Positions 48,881 through 58,412 of a DNA stretch of 64,000 bases are shown one piece after another; the stretch's first letter is position 1, and each line of letters opens with the position of its first letter. Source of the DNA: Thermoanaerobaculia bacterium (GTDB lineage Bacteria > Acidobacteriota > Thermoanaerobaculia > Multivoradales > Multivoraceae); the NCBI GenBank assembly GCA_963664405.1, contig OY761158.1, positions 4,800,001 through 4,864,000 on the forward strand, in the 5' to 3' direction. The position numbers and the translations under genes were made by a program. Below the pieces are notes generated by a model. That model saw only the letters and a list, made by a program, of their open reading frames with translations, did not search any database and was not told where the DNA came from.

Positions 48881-49468
48881 TCACGCCAGTGGTGCACCTC
48901 GAAGCTCTTCCAGCGACCGCCTCAGCTCCGCCACGAGCGATGGATGGCTCTTTCCCATTCGATCTCGATAGACCTCGTAGAGCGACTCGTAGTACCAGAG
49001 GGTCATCTTCTTCGGCTTCCCGAAGCGGCGCCAGATCTTGCCGGCGATCTGATCGTGATCGCGCCGGATGGCGCCGAGGTTGTGGACTTTGTCGGCAAGT
49101 GAGACCAGGAGGAAGTCTTTCGACCTGGCTGTTCTCAAATGTTCGATGTAGCTCGTCTTCCGCTGCTTCCACGCCGGTTTGGGGTCCTCGAAGGTGTCGG
49201 TGCAGGCCTCCACCATCCTGGCCACGCGTTTGCCGAATAGGTGCTCGATCTCTTTGAGAGTAGCTTCGCCGCCCTGGTCTTCGGGTGCGTCGTGTAGCAG
49301 GGCGGCGATCGCCTGGTCTTCGTCGCCGCCGTGCTCGAGAACGATGGCGGTGACAGCCAGAAGATGCGCGAAGTAGGGGATCTCTGTGCCCTTCCTCTTC
49401 TGGCCATGGTGCAGCCCCCTCGCGTAGGCGAGAGCCTCCGTGAATCGGGGTCCTGGATCTTTCGTCAT
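48881..49468 (-). CDS. HD domain phosphohydrolase (RelA/SpoT hydrolase-like, Mesh1/SAH type)
   Basis: ALAYARGLHHGQKRKGTEIPYFAHL, AALLHDAPEDQG, SLADKVHN. Confidence 0.88.
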   Translation of the reverse strand: MTKDPGPRFTEALAYARGLHHGQKRKGTEIPYFAHLLAVTAIVLEHGGDEDQAIAALLHDAPEDQGGEATLKEIEHLFGKRVARMVEACTDTFEDPKPAWKQRKTSYIEHLRTARSKDFLLVSLADKVHNLGAIRRDHDQIAGKIWRRFGKPKKMTLWYYESLYEVYRDRMGKSHPSLVAELRRSLEELRGAPLA

Positions 49469-49753
49469 TGCTTCCATTATAGGGAGCGGCCGCGGGGACG
49501 GGCTCGTAGCCAGCTGGGCTGAAGTTTCTCGACTTTTTCTCCCAGAACACTTGACAAGGTTTTTCGGGCCTTTCGGTCCCCACCGTGATGTCGCTTCTAG
49601 AACCGGTCGCAGGGCCACCAGCTTCTCCTGTGCGGGGCGTCCGAAGACGGGCAGAAGATTTGCCCTTTGTCGGCCCGCGTTCGGCCTCGCATGGGAGCTT
49701 CAAGTCCCTCGAAAAACAGGGGTTATGATGGTTCGATCGACCTGGAGAGAACG

Positions 49754-51061
49754 ATGAGACAAGAACCCACCGCCCTATCGCCCAGCCCCGTTCCGCCGCT
49801 CCCCGAGTGCCCTGTCGAAGACCTCGGCGAACAGATCGCCGAGCTGTCAGCCCAGATTCAGGCGGCAAACTACTGCCTTCTGGTACTGATCCGTCAATTC
49901 GACGACCGAGGCGGTTGGAACGTGGGCTTCGCCTCCTGCGCCCACTGGCTCAACTGGCGCACAGGCCTGGCCCTCGGGGCGTCGCGCGAGAAGGTTCGCG
50001 TGGCCCATGCGCTGGGCGAGCTGCCGCTTCTGAGCGAGTCGATGAGCCGAGGCGAGCTGTCGTACTCGAAGATTCGTGCACTGACCCGGGTCGCAACGCC
50101 GGAGAACGAAGAGGAGCTCCTCACCTTTGCGCGCTGCGGGAGTGCAGCCCATGTCGAGAGGCTGGTGCGAGCGTGGCGGCGGGTCGATCGGATCGCGGAC
50201 CAGGAGGAAGAGCAGCGACGACACGCGAGCCGATCGGTCGATGCCTTCTTCGACGACGACGGCATGCTTGTGATCAGAGGCCGTCTCGATGCCGAGGCGG
50301 GCGCGGTGGTGATGCGGGCGTTGGAGGCGGCTTCGGAAGCTCTCTACCAATCGACGGAAGAGAAGGTCGAGATCCCAGTCGGTCAACGCCGGGCTGATGC
50401 CCTTCAACTCCTCGCTGAGAGCGCCCTCGCGCACGAGCTCGATCGCGGCACTTCTGGCGACCGCTATCAGGTGGTGGTGCACGTCGATGCCGAGACTCTG
50501 GCCGACGCCGACAGCTCGGGGATCTCGGTGCTCGAGGATGGGCAGCACGTTCCCGCGGGAACGTCGCAGCGCCTGGCCTGCGACGCCGGCAAGGTGGTGG
50601 TGCGCCACGCCAGAGACGGCACGGTGCTCGACGTGGGGCGCAAGACGCGCACTGTCTCACCCGCCATTCGCCGTGCCTTGAATACCAGAGACCAGATCTG
50701 CCGCTTTCCGGGGTGCCAGTCGAAGTTCTGCGAGGCCCATCACGTCAAACACTGGGCACAGGGGGGGGAAACTCGTCTCGATAACCTGGTTCTGCTGTGT
50801 CGGCGCCACCACCGAGCCGTTCATGAGGAGGGCTTTTCGATGAAGCTCGCGGAGGGCGAGGTCTCCTTCTACTGGCCGAATGGGCGGCCCATGCCACAGG
50901 CGCCGTCGGCTCCAACGTTGGCAGGTGAGCCTTTGGAGCTGCTCCTGCGCCTCCTTGAGCAACAAGGAATCAAGATCGATGCGGAGAGCGGGCTTCCGGA
51001 TTGGGATGGGGAGTCTTTCGACCTCGAGTGGGCGGTCGACGCTCTGCGATTGATCAATTGA
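49754..51061 (+). CDS. DUF222 + HNH endonuclease
   Basis: DUF222 motifs (AHWLNWRTG, GELSYSKIRAL, QRRADAL, RLACDA, LDVGRKTR). HNH RDQICRFPGC...HHVKHWAQGGETRLDNLVLLCRRHH..VH. Confidence 0.92.
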   Translation: MRQEPTALSPSPVPPLPECPVEDLGEQIAELSAQIQAANYCLLVLIRQFDDRGGWNVGFASCAHWLNWRTGLALGASREKVRVAHALGELPLLSESMSRGELSYSKIRALTRVATPENEEELLTFARCGSAAHVERLVRAWRRVDRIADQEEEQRRHASRSVDAFFDDDGMLVIRGRLDAEAGAVVMRALEAASEALYQSTEEKVEIPVGQRRADALQLLAESALAHELDRGTSGDRYQVVVHVDAETLADADSSGISVLEDGQHVPAGTSQRLACDAGKVVVRHARDGTVLDVGRKTRTVSPAIRRALNTRDQICRFPGCQSKFCEAHHVKHWAQGGETRLDNLVLLCRRHHRAVHEEGFSMKLAEGEVSFYWPNGRPMPQAPSAPTLAGEPLELLLRLLEQQGIKIDAESGLPDWDGESFDLEWAVDALRLIN

Positions 51062-51145
51062 GGCACGAGCTCTGACCTACCTAGCCGGGCACCTGAGAGG
51101 AGCGCGAGGAGGCCGCGGTATCGTCCTCTCTGATAGGGTTTTGGC

Positions 51146-51346
51146 ATGACTAGGGTAGCCGAGTTGGAGCGGGCCGTTCGTGACCTGTCTCCCGAGGATC
51201 TCCGCCGATTCCGCGAGTGGTTTGTCGAGTTCGATGCCGAGCTCTGGGAACGTCAGCTTGAGCGCGACATCGACGCCGGCCGACTCGATAGTCTTTCCGA
51301 AGAGGCCCGGACCGAGCACCGTGAGGGGCGCACCCGGCCTCTGTGA
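51146..51346 (+). CDS. Small putative antitoxin
   Basis: LSPEDLRRFREWF...WERQLERDIDAGRLDSL.EEA..EHREGRTRPL*. The stop overlaps a GTG that begins MNHFAT (toxin-like start), cut off after 6 codons. Confidence 0.7.
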   Translation: MTRVAELERAVRDLSPEDLRRFREWFVEFDAELWERQLERDIDAGRLDSLSEEARTEHREGRTRPL

Positions 51347-51380
51347 ATCATTTCGCAACCGAGCGGCTCATCTCCTAGCC

Positions 51381-51565
51381 TGGCCCGGGCGGCGCATGCC
51401 ACAGGCGCCTTCGACGCCAATGTTGGCGGGTGAGCCCCTGGAGCTGCTGCTGCGCCACCTCGAGCGGCAGGGGATCAAAGTCGACGATTCGAGTGGGCTT
51501 CCTGATTGGGATGGGAGTCTTTCGATCTCGAGTGGGCGGTCGATTCTCTGCGGTTGATCAACTGA
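51381..51565 (+). repeat. Second copy of the DUF222-HNH gene 3' end
   Basis: Aligns with 50873-51061 (MPQAPS.P.LAGEPLELLLR.LE.QGIK.D..SGLPDWDG...LRLIN*) with a frameshift. Confidence 0.9.
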
Positions 51566-51637
51566 CACTCGGCGGGCGCTCCGAGCGCATCGCCGCACGC
51601 GAGGGGAGCGCACCCGTAAACCGGTCGGAGGGATGTT

Positions 51638-51976
51638 TCATCGGCGGGCGCTCTCGGTCTCCGCCATCACCCAGTCCCGGTAGTCGTCGTTCACGTACGC
51701 GACCTCTACGCCAAGGATGGCTGGCACCTCGTACGGGTGCAGCGCCTTGACCTGCTCGATCACCCTCTCGTATAGGGCGGCGCGAGTTCTCAGGCGCAGC
51801 GGAACCTCTGTTTTCCGCTCGATCTGACCCTCCCACCGATAGGTGCTGCGGATCGCCGGGTAGATGTTCGAGGCCGCGACGAGCCGGTCGCCGAGGAGGT
51901 GCTCCGAAATAGCCTCGGCAACTGCCTCGTCCGGGCAGTTGATCCATATGTCGACGATGTCCATGGCTTCAGTCAT
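51638..51976 (-). CDS. cutA: CutA divalent-cation tolerance protein
   Basis: CPDEAVAEAI...LVAASNI...STYRWEGQIE...E...HPYEVPAI. Confidence 0.9.
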   Translation of the reverse strand: MTEAMDIVDIWINCPDEAVAEAISEHLLGDRLVAASNIYPAIRSTYRWEGQIERKTEVPLRLRTRAALYERVIEQVKALHPYEVPAILGVEVAYVNDDYRDWVMAETESARR

Positions 51977-51999
51977 GCCCGAACACCGAGGAGGACTCC

Positions 52000-53097
52000 T
52001 TATGAACCGGGTTTGCCCACGATTTTGCGCACCATCTCTCGGATGACGGGACTTTGCTCTCGAATATTCAGTACGGAGGTTGCCGTCATGATCACCCCTG
52101 CCACTTCGAATTCAAAGTCTATCCAGGGAGTCGTTCCCCCGGCCCCGGGATCGGCGACTTCGAGAATGTTGCCTTCGCTGTCCACGCGAAGAATCCACGA
52201 GCCAAGTCCATATCCGAGAAAGCTGGCCCCGCGCCCGGCGGCGTAGGCGACTTCCGCCCCATGGGTCTGATCGACTCGCAGCATTTCATGCACCGAGTCG
52301 GAGGAGAGCACGCGTTTGCCTTCGAACACTCCGTCGTTCGCCAACATGCGCATGAACCTGATGTAGTCGTTCAGCGTAGTTGCGATGCCGCCGGCAATGT
52401 GAGGGTTGAGGGTTGGCCGCGAATCGAAGTGAGAGCCGATCAGGCTTCCCCGCTCCGTTCCATTCTCGACGTAGACGAGGTTCCCATGGTAGGTGTCGGC
52501 CAGACCGAGCGGGCCGGTGAGCTTCTCGCCGAAAATCTGATGCCAGGGCTTCCCAGTGGCCATCTCGGCTACCCGAGCCGCAGTCTGGAAGTGCCATCCG
52601 CCGTATTGGAACTTCTCTCCGGGAGGATGCAAAAGATCCACATCCGCCACTCTTTCGACGCACTGCTTCAGGGTGATGGACGTGTCTTTGAGCCAATTCC
52701 GCGGAATCGAATTGGAGATCCCGGTCATGCACGACAAACCATGGCGGATGGTCATTGACGCTTTGTCGCCGGTAAACAGCGGAATGTAGTCCGAAACTTT
52801 GGCATCGAGCGAAAAGACGCCGTCGTCCACCAGAGCCAAGACCGGCGTGACCGCGAACCACTTGGAAGCCGAGGCGATGGGCAATACGGTGTCGGCTTGG
52901 AACGCGCCGAAAACTTCCTTGTAAATGACGCGGTCGTTTTTGATCAGCGCCATGGCCGCGCCTTTCATAGCCCTCTCATCCACCATCCGCTGGACGAATT
53001 CAGTCACCGAAGAGAAGTCGTAGCGTGCGTCCGCAGGATGGGCCGCGCTGGAAACGGCAAGAAGCAAGACCAGAAGACCCGGGATGACTCTCGACAC
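52000..53097 (-). CDS. Secreted beta-lactamase-family serine hydrolase
   Basis: Signal peptide, IASASK (SxxK), PPGEKFQYG, PLGL.DT, YGLG. Confidence 0.85.
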   Translation of the reverse strand: MSRVIPGLLVLLLAVSSAAHPADARYDFSSVTEFVQRMVDERAMKGAAMALIKNDRVIYKEVFGAFQADTVLPIASASKWFAVTPVLALVDDGVFSLDAKVSDYIPLFTGDKASMTIRHGLSCMTGISNSIPRNWLKDTSITLKQCVERVADVDLLHPPGEKFQYGGWHFQTAARVAEMATGKPWHQIFGEKLTGPLGLADTYHGNLVYVENGTERGSLIGSHFDSRPTLNPHIAGGIATTLNDYIRFMRMLANDGVFEGKRVLSSDSVHEMLRVDQTHGAEVAYAAGRGASFLGYGLGSWILRVDSEGNILEVADPGAGGTTPWIDFEFEVAGVIMTATSVLNIREQSPVIREMVRKIVGKPGS

Positions 53098-53155
53098 GAG
53101 CTGCCTCCTTTCTGAGGTTGCGACGGTTCAGTACAGGCTATCAATCTACCCGGCT

Positions 53156-53310
53156 TCGTCCTCTCTGATAGGTTTTTGGAGCCGAGTTGGAGCGGGCTGT
53201 TCGTGATCTGTCACCCGAGGATCTCCGCCGATTTCGCGAGTGGTTTGTCGAGTTCGACTCCGAGCTCTGGGAACGGCAGCTCGAGCGCGACATTGACGCC
53301 GGCCGGCTCG
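53156..53310 (+). pseudogene. Degenerate duplicate of the 51146 antitoxin and its upstream region
   Basis: Near-identical to 51121-51288, but lacks 12 nt including the ATG and is truncated after DIDAGRL. Confidence 0.85.
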
Positions 53311-53505
53311 CTCGAAGACCAGCTGCCGATTGTCGTCGGGGAGAGCCGGTCGCGGCCGATCGTCCTGAGATGATGCCGCCTGGGAGAGGACGGCGATCAA
53401 CAGGGTCGTCGATGCGAAATGTCTGATCGTGCTTTCCATGAGATCTCGATCCTACCGGCTAGAAGGTGAGCACTACCCGGGTGTAGCGACCGGCTCTGGT
53501 ATCTA

Positions 53506-53525
53506 CTGTACGTGATAATGTACAG
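53506..53525. promoter_or_regulatory. Palindromic operator ctgtac-N8-gtacag
   Basis: Directly upstream of the Phd/YefM gene and encloses a GATAAT -10-like hexamer. Confidence 0.6.
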
Positions 53526-53530
53526 AAGCC

Positions 53531-53812
53531 ATGGCGACCGAAACTCTTTCGCTGACTGAGATGAGACCGCGCTTGTCAGAGCTCCTGGCCCGCGCCCACG
53601 AGCAATTCGACCGATTCGTGATCACCCGTAGGGGTCGAGCAGAGGCCGTTTTGCTCTCGGCCGAGGAGTTCGATGGACTCCTGGAGACCCTCGAGATCCT
53701 GTCGGACGAGAGCCTGGTCGGAAGACTCGTCGAGGCGGACGAAGAGATGTCCACAAGCGGTGGCTACTCCCTCGAGGAGGTACGGCAGGACCTGGCCAGT
53801 GGCCGAGGTTAG
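53531..53812 (+). CDS. Phd/YefM family antitoxin
   Basis: LSLTEMRPRLSELL...FVITRRGRAEAVLLSAEEFDGLLETLEILSD. Confidence 0.9.
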   Translation: MATETLSLTEMRPRLSELLARAHEQFDRFVITRRGRAEAVLLSAEEFDGLLETLEILSDESLVGRLVEADEEMSTSGGYSLEEVRQDLASGRG

Positions 53813-54059
53813 GCTGTCGAGCAACGCGCGGAAGAGCTACTTCAGGCTCGCTCGGAGCGACCGACGACTCTTCAAGAGGGTCGACCGTGCTCTCGAGCGT
53901 ATCGGAGAGGAACCGGAGGCTGGGAAGCCACTGGCCGGCCCTCTTGCAGGTCACCGATCGTTTCGGGTGGGCTCGTTGCGCATCGTGTACCGCATCGAAG
54001 AACAACGGTTGCTCGTACTGGTGCTCGACATCGCCGAGCGAGGAGGCGTGTACCGTTGA
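53799..54059 (+). CDS. RelE/ParE family toxin
   Basis: GTG start overlapping the antitoxin. P.AGKPLAGPLAGHRSFRVGSLRIVYRI...VLVLDIAERGGVYR. Confidence 0.88.
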   Translation: MAEVRLSSNARKSYFRLARSDRRLFKRVDRALERIGEEPEAGKPLAGPLAGHRSFRVGSLRIVYRIEEQRLLVLVLDIAERGGVYR

Positions 54060-54124
54060 GCCATTGGTATCGGAGGGCGTGAGCAGTGAGCGGAGCAAGT
54101 GACAGTAGGACTGAGGGAGAGGCT

Positions 54125-55588
54125 ATGAAACGGATCTGGTTCCTTTTGGGCGTTCTGAGTGTGGCTACGGCGGCTGGTGCCGATGGGGGCAAGGACTGCC
54201 GCAACCTATACCGGATGACGGACCTCAGTTATGCGGTCGAGCCGGGCCGCGTGATTGGCGCCGAGGGCACAACACCCGCGCATTGCAGAGTGCGGGCTGT
54301 TGTAAACCGTGCGATCCAAGTCGAGGTGCGGATGCCAATCGAGGGTTGGAACGGCCGTTTCATGTTCTCGACGGTGGGCGGCTATGCCGGGACGATTGGC
54401 GATACCCGGAGCCTGTTGGGGCGCGGCTTCGCCATGGCGTCCACGGATACAGGGCACACGACTGTCGACGCGGAATTCATGCTGCAACCGGAGGCGCTAC
54501 TCGACTATGCCTATCGCGGCGTCCATCTGGCGACGGCGTTTGCGAAGACCACGATCAAAACGTTCTACGGCGGCGAGATCGAATACTCCTACTTGAAGGG
54601 ATGTTCGAATGGCGGGCGCGCGGCGCTGCTCGAAGCCATTCGCTTCCCCGACGACTACGACGGGATCATCGCCGGCGCGCCGGCGTTCCGCTTCCAGGAG
54701 TTCATGCCTTGGATGATCGAGGTCGCACGCCGGCAGCAACGTCATCCTCTCGATGAGGATGCGCTCCAGGTGCTCGACGACGCATCCAGGGCCGCTTGCG
54801 ACTCGCTTGATGGTGTGACGGACGGCGTGATCAACGATCCGCGTCACTGCAGCGAGGAGGTCTACGACATCGACGAGCTTGCGTGCCGCGTGGGTCAGAC
54901 CGAGGGGTGCCTGAGCAAAGGCCAGATCGAGACGGCGCGGTTCATCTATCAAGACCAGATCGATAGCGCGGGCGACATCGTCTCTCCCGGTGTACTGCCC
55001 GGCGCGGAGGGCGCGGGAGATTGGGCATTCTGGATGCTGCCCAACGCTCAGCGACAGACCTCGGTGATCGACGCGCTGAGCGGCGGGCTCAAAAACTATC
55101 TGAAGGATCCCGAGTTCGATCTCGACGGTTTCGACACCGCTGACGATCGAGCGCTTCTCGATGACATGGCGTCCTACATGGATGTGCAAAGTGCGGACCT
55201 CACTGAGTTTCGAGAACACGGCGGCAAGTTATTGATGTATCAAGGTTGGAACGACTGGCCGCTCCGGCCGCAGCGCGCGATCGAGTATCTTGCGGAGGCG
55301 CAGGCAGTACACGGTGGGCCGCGCGAAACGGCGGAGTTTTTCCGCCTCTTTATGGTGCCGGGGATAGTACATTGCTCGCGCGGTCCCGGGGCCTGGGTAA
55401 CCGACTACGTCGATCCGCTCGTCAAGTGGCGCGAGGAAGGCCGCGTGCCGGAAAGTATTGTCGCGTCGCGTCCGGCGGGAGATGACGGGGGCGATAGCGG
55501 ATTCACGCGGCCGCTCTGCACATATCCGAAGCTTGCGCAATACAAGGGAGGCGACCTCGCGCATGCAGATAGTTACGAGTGTAATTAG
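54125..55588 (+). CDS. Tannase/feruloyl esterase family hydrolase
   Basis: Signal peptide, WNGRF, ASTDTGH, GCSNGGR, DYDGIIAGAPA, GGKLLMYQGWND, RLFMVPGIVHC, RPLCTYP. Confidence 0.92.
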   Translation: MKRIWFLLGVLSVATAAGADGGKDCRNLYRMTDLSYAVEPGRVIGAEGTTPAHCRVRAVVNRAIQVEVRMPIEGWNGRFMFSTVGGYAGTIGDTRSLLGRGFAMASTDTGHTTVDAEFMLQPEALLDYAYRGVHLATAFAKTTIKTFYGGEIEYSYLKGCSNGGRAALLEAIRFPDDYDGIIAGAPAFRFQEFMPWMIEVARRQQRHPLDEDALQVLDDASRAACDSLDGVTDGVINDPRHCSEEVYDIDELACRVGQTEGCLSKGQIETARFIYQDQIDSAGDIVSPGVLPGAEGAGDWAFWMLPNAQRQTSVIDALSGGLKNYLKDPEFDLDGFDTADDRALLDDMASYMDVQSADLTEFREHGGKLLMYQGWNDWPLRPQRAIEYLAEAQAVHGGPRETAEFFRLFMVPGIVHCSRGPGAWVTDYVDPLVKWREEGRVPESIVASRPAGDDGGDSGFTRPLCTYPKLAQYKGGDLAHADSYECN

Positions 55589-55971
55589 ACGAAATGGCGA
55601 CACGAGACCTTAGCGAACGCTCTAGAATCCCGCAGTGTTTTCTGTGGTCACTGCTCGCCCTTGGGCTGTGTGACGAGGCCGATGCTGCGAGCGGTTTCTC
55701 CTGTACCGAGGTCCTTGGCTTCTCACAGTCGGTGGAGTGGTTCGGTGGGTTCTCTCTGGCCCGGCAGCCGCCGGCTGCCAAAGGTGCCACCCGTTTGTTG
55801 ACCGGTCTTCGCTGAGTCCGCACCTGTACCTCTGTTACACATTTTGGACGGCCCTTGCTCGCGAACCGCGTAGACCGGAGTGCAAAGAGCACCAGTGTGC
55901 GCCCTCAGCACGGCTTGCCGAGTACCTGCGGAGACCAGCCGGCAGCCAGAGTCGGGTAAGGTACGGCGAAC

Positions 55972-57099
55972 ATGGACGACAGCGACCTCAAACCACTGAG
56001 CCGGGTCGCTACCGACAAGACCGGGCAAGAGGTTGTGGTCCGTACGATCTTGCTCCGCGACCTCACTCAAGAGGACCTGGAGCGTATGGTGGAGCTCCTG
56101 CAGGTGGTCTTCGACGGCTGGCCGGCCTTCGACCCGGGGGTAACGGCGGTTGACCACCTTCGCTGGAAGATCGAGACCCCCTTCGCCGGCGTCGCCGCAA
56201 TCGCGGCGGAGATCGAGGGGGAGCTGGTCGGCTCGGTCACGGTCTTTACACTGCGGGCGAAAGTCGGCGATCGCGAGTTCCCGCGAACGCGCAGCCTCGA
56301 CTACGCCGTTCACCCCGACTTCCGCGGCAGGGGTATTGCCAGTGCCATCAGCCCGGTGATCCAAGACGCAGTGCCGTCACCAAGGCTGCGAATTTCGGAG
56401 ACGCACAGCCAAGAGCTTCTTCATCTCTTGCACAAGAGCGGGGCTCAGGTTGTCGCCAATCCGGTGCGACCTCTCCGCTGTCAGCTGGGCATGCCCGACA
56501 CCAAGACGAGGGAGACAACGAGCGGGCTTCTGATGGCGCTGGGAACCGCAGCGATGGGGCTTGGCAATAGGCTTCGGTACCGCCGCCGCCATTCTTCGAC
56601 TCCCAGACCCAAGACCCTGACCCGATTCGACGAGCGCTTCGATGTCTTCTGGGAGAGCGTTCGAGAGCAATTCGACGTCATCCTGGTCCGCACTCATGAC
56701 TACCTCAACTGGCGTTACTGCGACCCGCGAGGGGGCGAATCCATCGTCCGTGTTGTCGAGAACCAGGACCGTGTGCTGGGCTACGCAGTGCTCAAGATGC
56801 AGGGTGCCGAGGCCGCGTTCGCCGACGTTCTCGTCCTACCAGAACGGCTCGACGTCGTTGACGCGCTGATCGCCGACGGGTTGGAGATACTGCGCGAAGA
56901 CGGCGTGAAGAGCGTGATCTGCTGGCTACCCGAGCGTCATCCTTACCGTCACACCCTGCTCGGGCGCAGTTTCGTACAAGCCCGCCAAAGAGTCCTTCTG
57001 ACGACTCGTCCGGGCTACCTTCCCGACGACGCGGATGCGATATTGAACCGACCAGAGCTACGCTTCCACTATTCGCTCGGGGACTCGGACTGGGTCTAG
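55972..57099 (+). CDS. GNAT family N-acetyltransferase (tandem GNAT-like)
   Basis: DYAVHPDFRGRGIA acetyl-CoA motif, RTHDYLNWRY, C-terminal GDSD. Confidence 0.8.
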   Translation: MDDSDLKPLSRVATDKTGQEVVVRTILLRDLTQEDLERMVELLQVVFDGWPAFDPGVTAVDHLRWKIETPFAGVAAIAAEIEGELVGSVTVFTLRAKVGDREFPRTRSLDYAVHPDFRGRGIASAISPVIQDAVPSPRLRISETHSQELLHLLHKSGAQVVANPVRPLRCQLGMPDTKTRETTSGLLMALGTAAMGLGNRLRYRRRHSSTPRPKTLTRFDERFDVFWESVREQFDVILVRTHDYLNWRYCDPRGGESIVRVVENQDRVLGYAVLKMQGAEAAFADVLVLPERLDVVDALIADGLEILREDGVKSVICWLPERHPYRHTLLGRSFVQARQRVLLTTRPGYLPDDADAILNRPELRFHYSLGDSDWV

Positions 57100-57245
57100 G
57101 CCGAGTCGCTCGAACGCCCTTACCGAGGTGAGTTTGTGAGCATCATCAGACGCATTACCGTCCAGGACCTACAGCTACGAGCTCGATGACTTCGGTTCGC
57201 CCATGGGAACCTACTCACTCGTCTGTCTCCTTGTCGTTTTCGCTT

Positions 57246-58412
57246 CTACTCGGGCCGACTGTTTCTCGGAATAAAGCCAAAGATGATGTCCGTGTTCGCC
57301 AGATAGCCGTCTTTACTCTGAATGAGCAGTTCTTGCTGTATCAACCAGTTCACGTCTCGGGTGACCGTCTTATCGGTCTTGTTTCGATACGCCTCTTCGA
57401 TTCGGGGACTTACCGTCCTAATCCTGGCCTTCCTCACCGCCTCGCCCAGCCATGAGAGATCGAGCAGTAGGTCCCGCTTCCGTGTGTCAGATGGAGAGAT
57501 CTTGTCCTCGAAGACTTCGTGCACGTAGTCCCGCCAAGCCAATCCGATCTGGTAGGCCTGCACCTCTCGCAACTGCCCTTGGAGTTGGTCGACGAGGCCC
57601 TCGACCGCGTACAGCAAAAACGGGACAACGTCCCCTCCTGACTCGCTGGCACGGGCAAGCTCCCGCAGGTATCGCTCTCTCGTCAGGTTGTAGTGATTGC
57701 TCAGAAGGTGGGCTGCTGGGGTAGGTGCGCCCGCACCGATGAGGATGAAGAACTCGATCAGTCGAGCCGTGCGCCCGTTGCCATCGCCGAAGGGGTGAAT
57801 CCAGGCTATGTAGAGGTGGGCTAAGACGGCGCTGAGAATCCCAGACACCAGATCCTGAGGCTGTGCCAGCTCGTTCAGCCAGCTGCAAAGCTTCTCTACC
57901 AGATACGGGCAGTCTTGCCACGGCGCTCCGCGATAGCCCGAAACGACAACCGAGTGCTTGCAGTACTTTCCGGGCTCTACTTCTTCGCTTAGCTCCAGAT
58001 CGCGAAGGACCTGGGCGTTGAACTCCCGGACGGCGTCGGGAGAAAGCGGCGATCGCGACTGGCCCACCAGGGCTACTAGTTCCTTGGCCAGCTCTGTACA
58101 GGCATACGCAATATTCTCCACCTCCTGCTTCAAGTAGGCCTGGGACGGAGGGAGGTCCAGCTCATTGGACAGGATCTTCTTGACCTGCTCCTCGTCGAGC
58201 GTATTGCCTTCGATGGCAGTGGAACCGCCAACGCCCTTCGCCAAATAAAGGAGGTGAAGCTGCTGAGCTTCAGACGGCTTCAGAGGAATCTGAGCTATCG
58301 CCTCACACTTGGCCTTCGCTTCCCCGAGAAGCATCCACAACTTTCCGGGGAGGCTCCCAACATTCAGATGGAAGCTGATCCAGGGGTGTGTTCTCGCGTA
58401 CTCGCGGTCAAT
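57246..58412 (-). CDS. Fic family protein with C-terminal HTH
   Basis: STAIEGN and canonical HPFGDGNGRTAR. The frame extends upstream of TTG 58340 to an ATT at 58412 (REYARTHPWISF); true start uncertain. Confidence 0.85.
   Translation of the reverse strand: MDREYARTHPWISFHLNVGSLPGKLWMLLGEAKAKCEAIAQIPLKPSEAQQLHLLYLAKGVGGSTAIEGNTLDEEQVKKILSNELDLPPSQAYLKQEVENIAYACTELAKELVALVGQSRSPLSPDAVREFNAQVLRDLELSEEVEPGKYCKHSVVVSGYRGAPWQDCPYLVEKLCSWLNELAQPQDLVSGILSAVLAHLYIAWIHPFGDGNGRTARLIEFFILIGAGAPTPAAHLLSNHYNLTRERYLRELARASESGGDVVPFLLYAVEGLVDQLQGQLREVQAYQIGLAWRDYVHEVFEDKISPSDTRKRDLLLDLSWLGEAVRKARIRTVSPRIEEAYRNKTDKTVTRDVNWLIQQELLIQSKDGYLANTDIIFGFIPRNSRPE

Noticed and set aside
55594-55815. 73-aa ORF with signal-peptide-like start (FSCTEVLGFSQSVEWF)
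   Set aside because: Possibly a truncated secreted-protein gene, but too short and unassignable to list as a feature.
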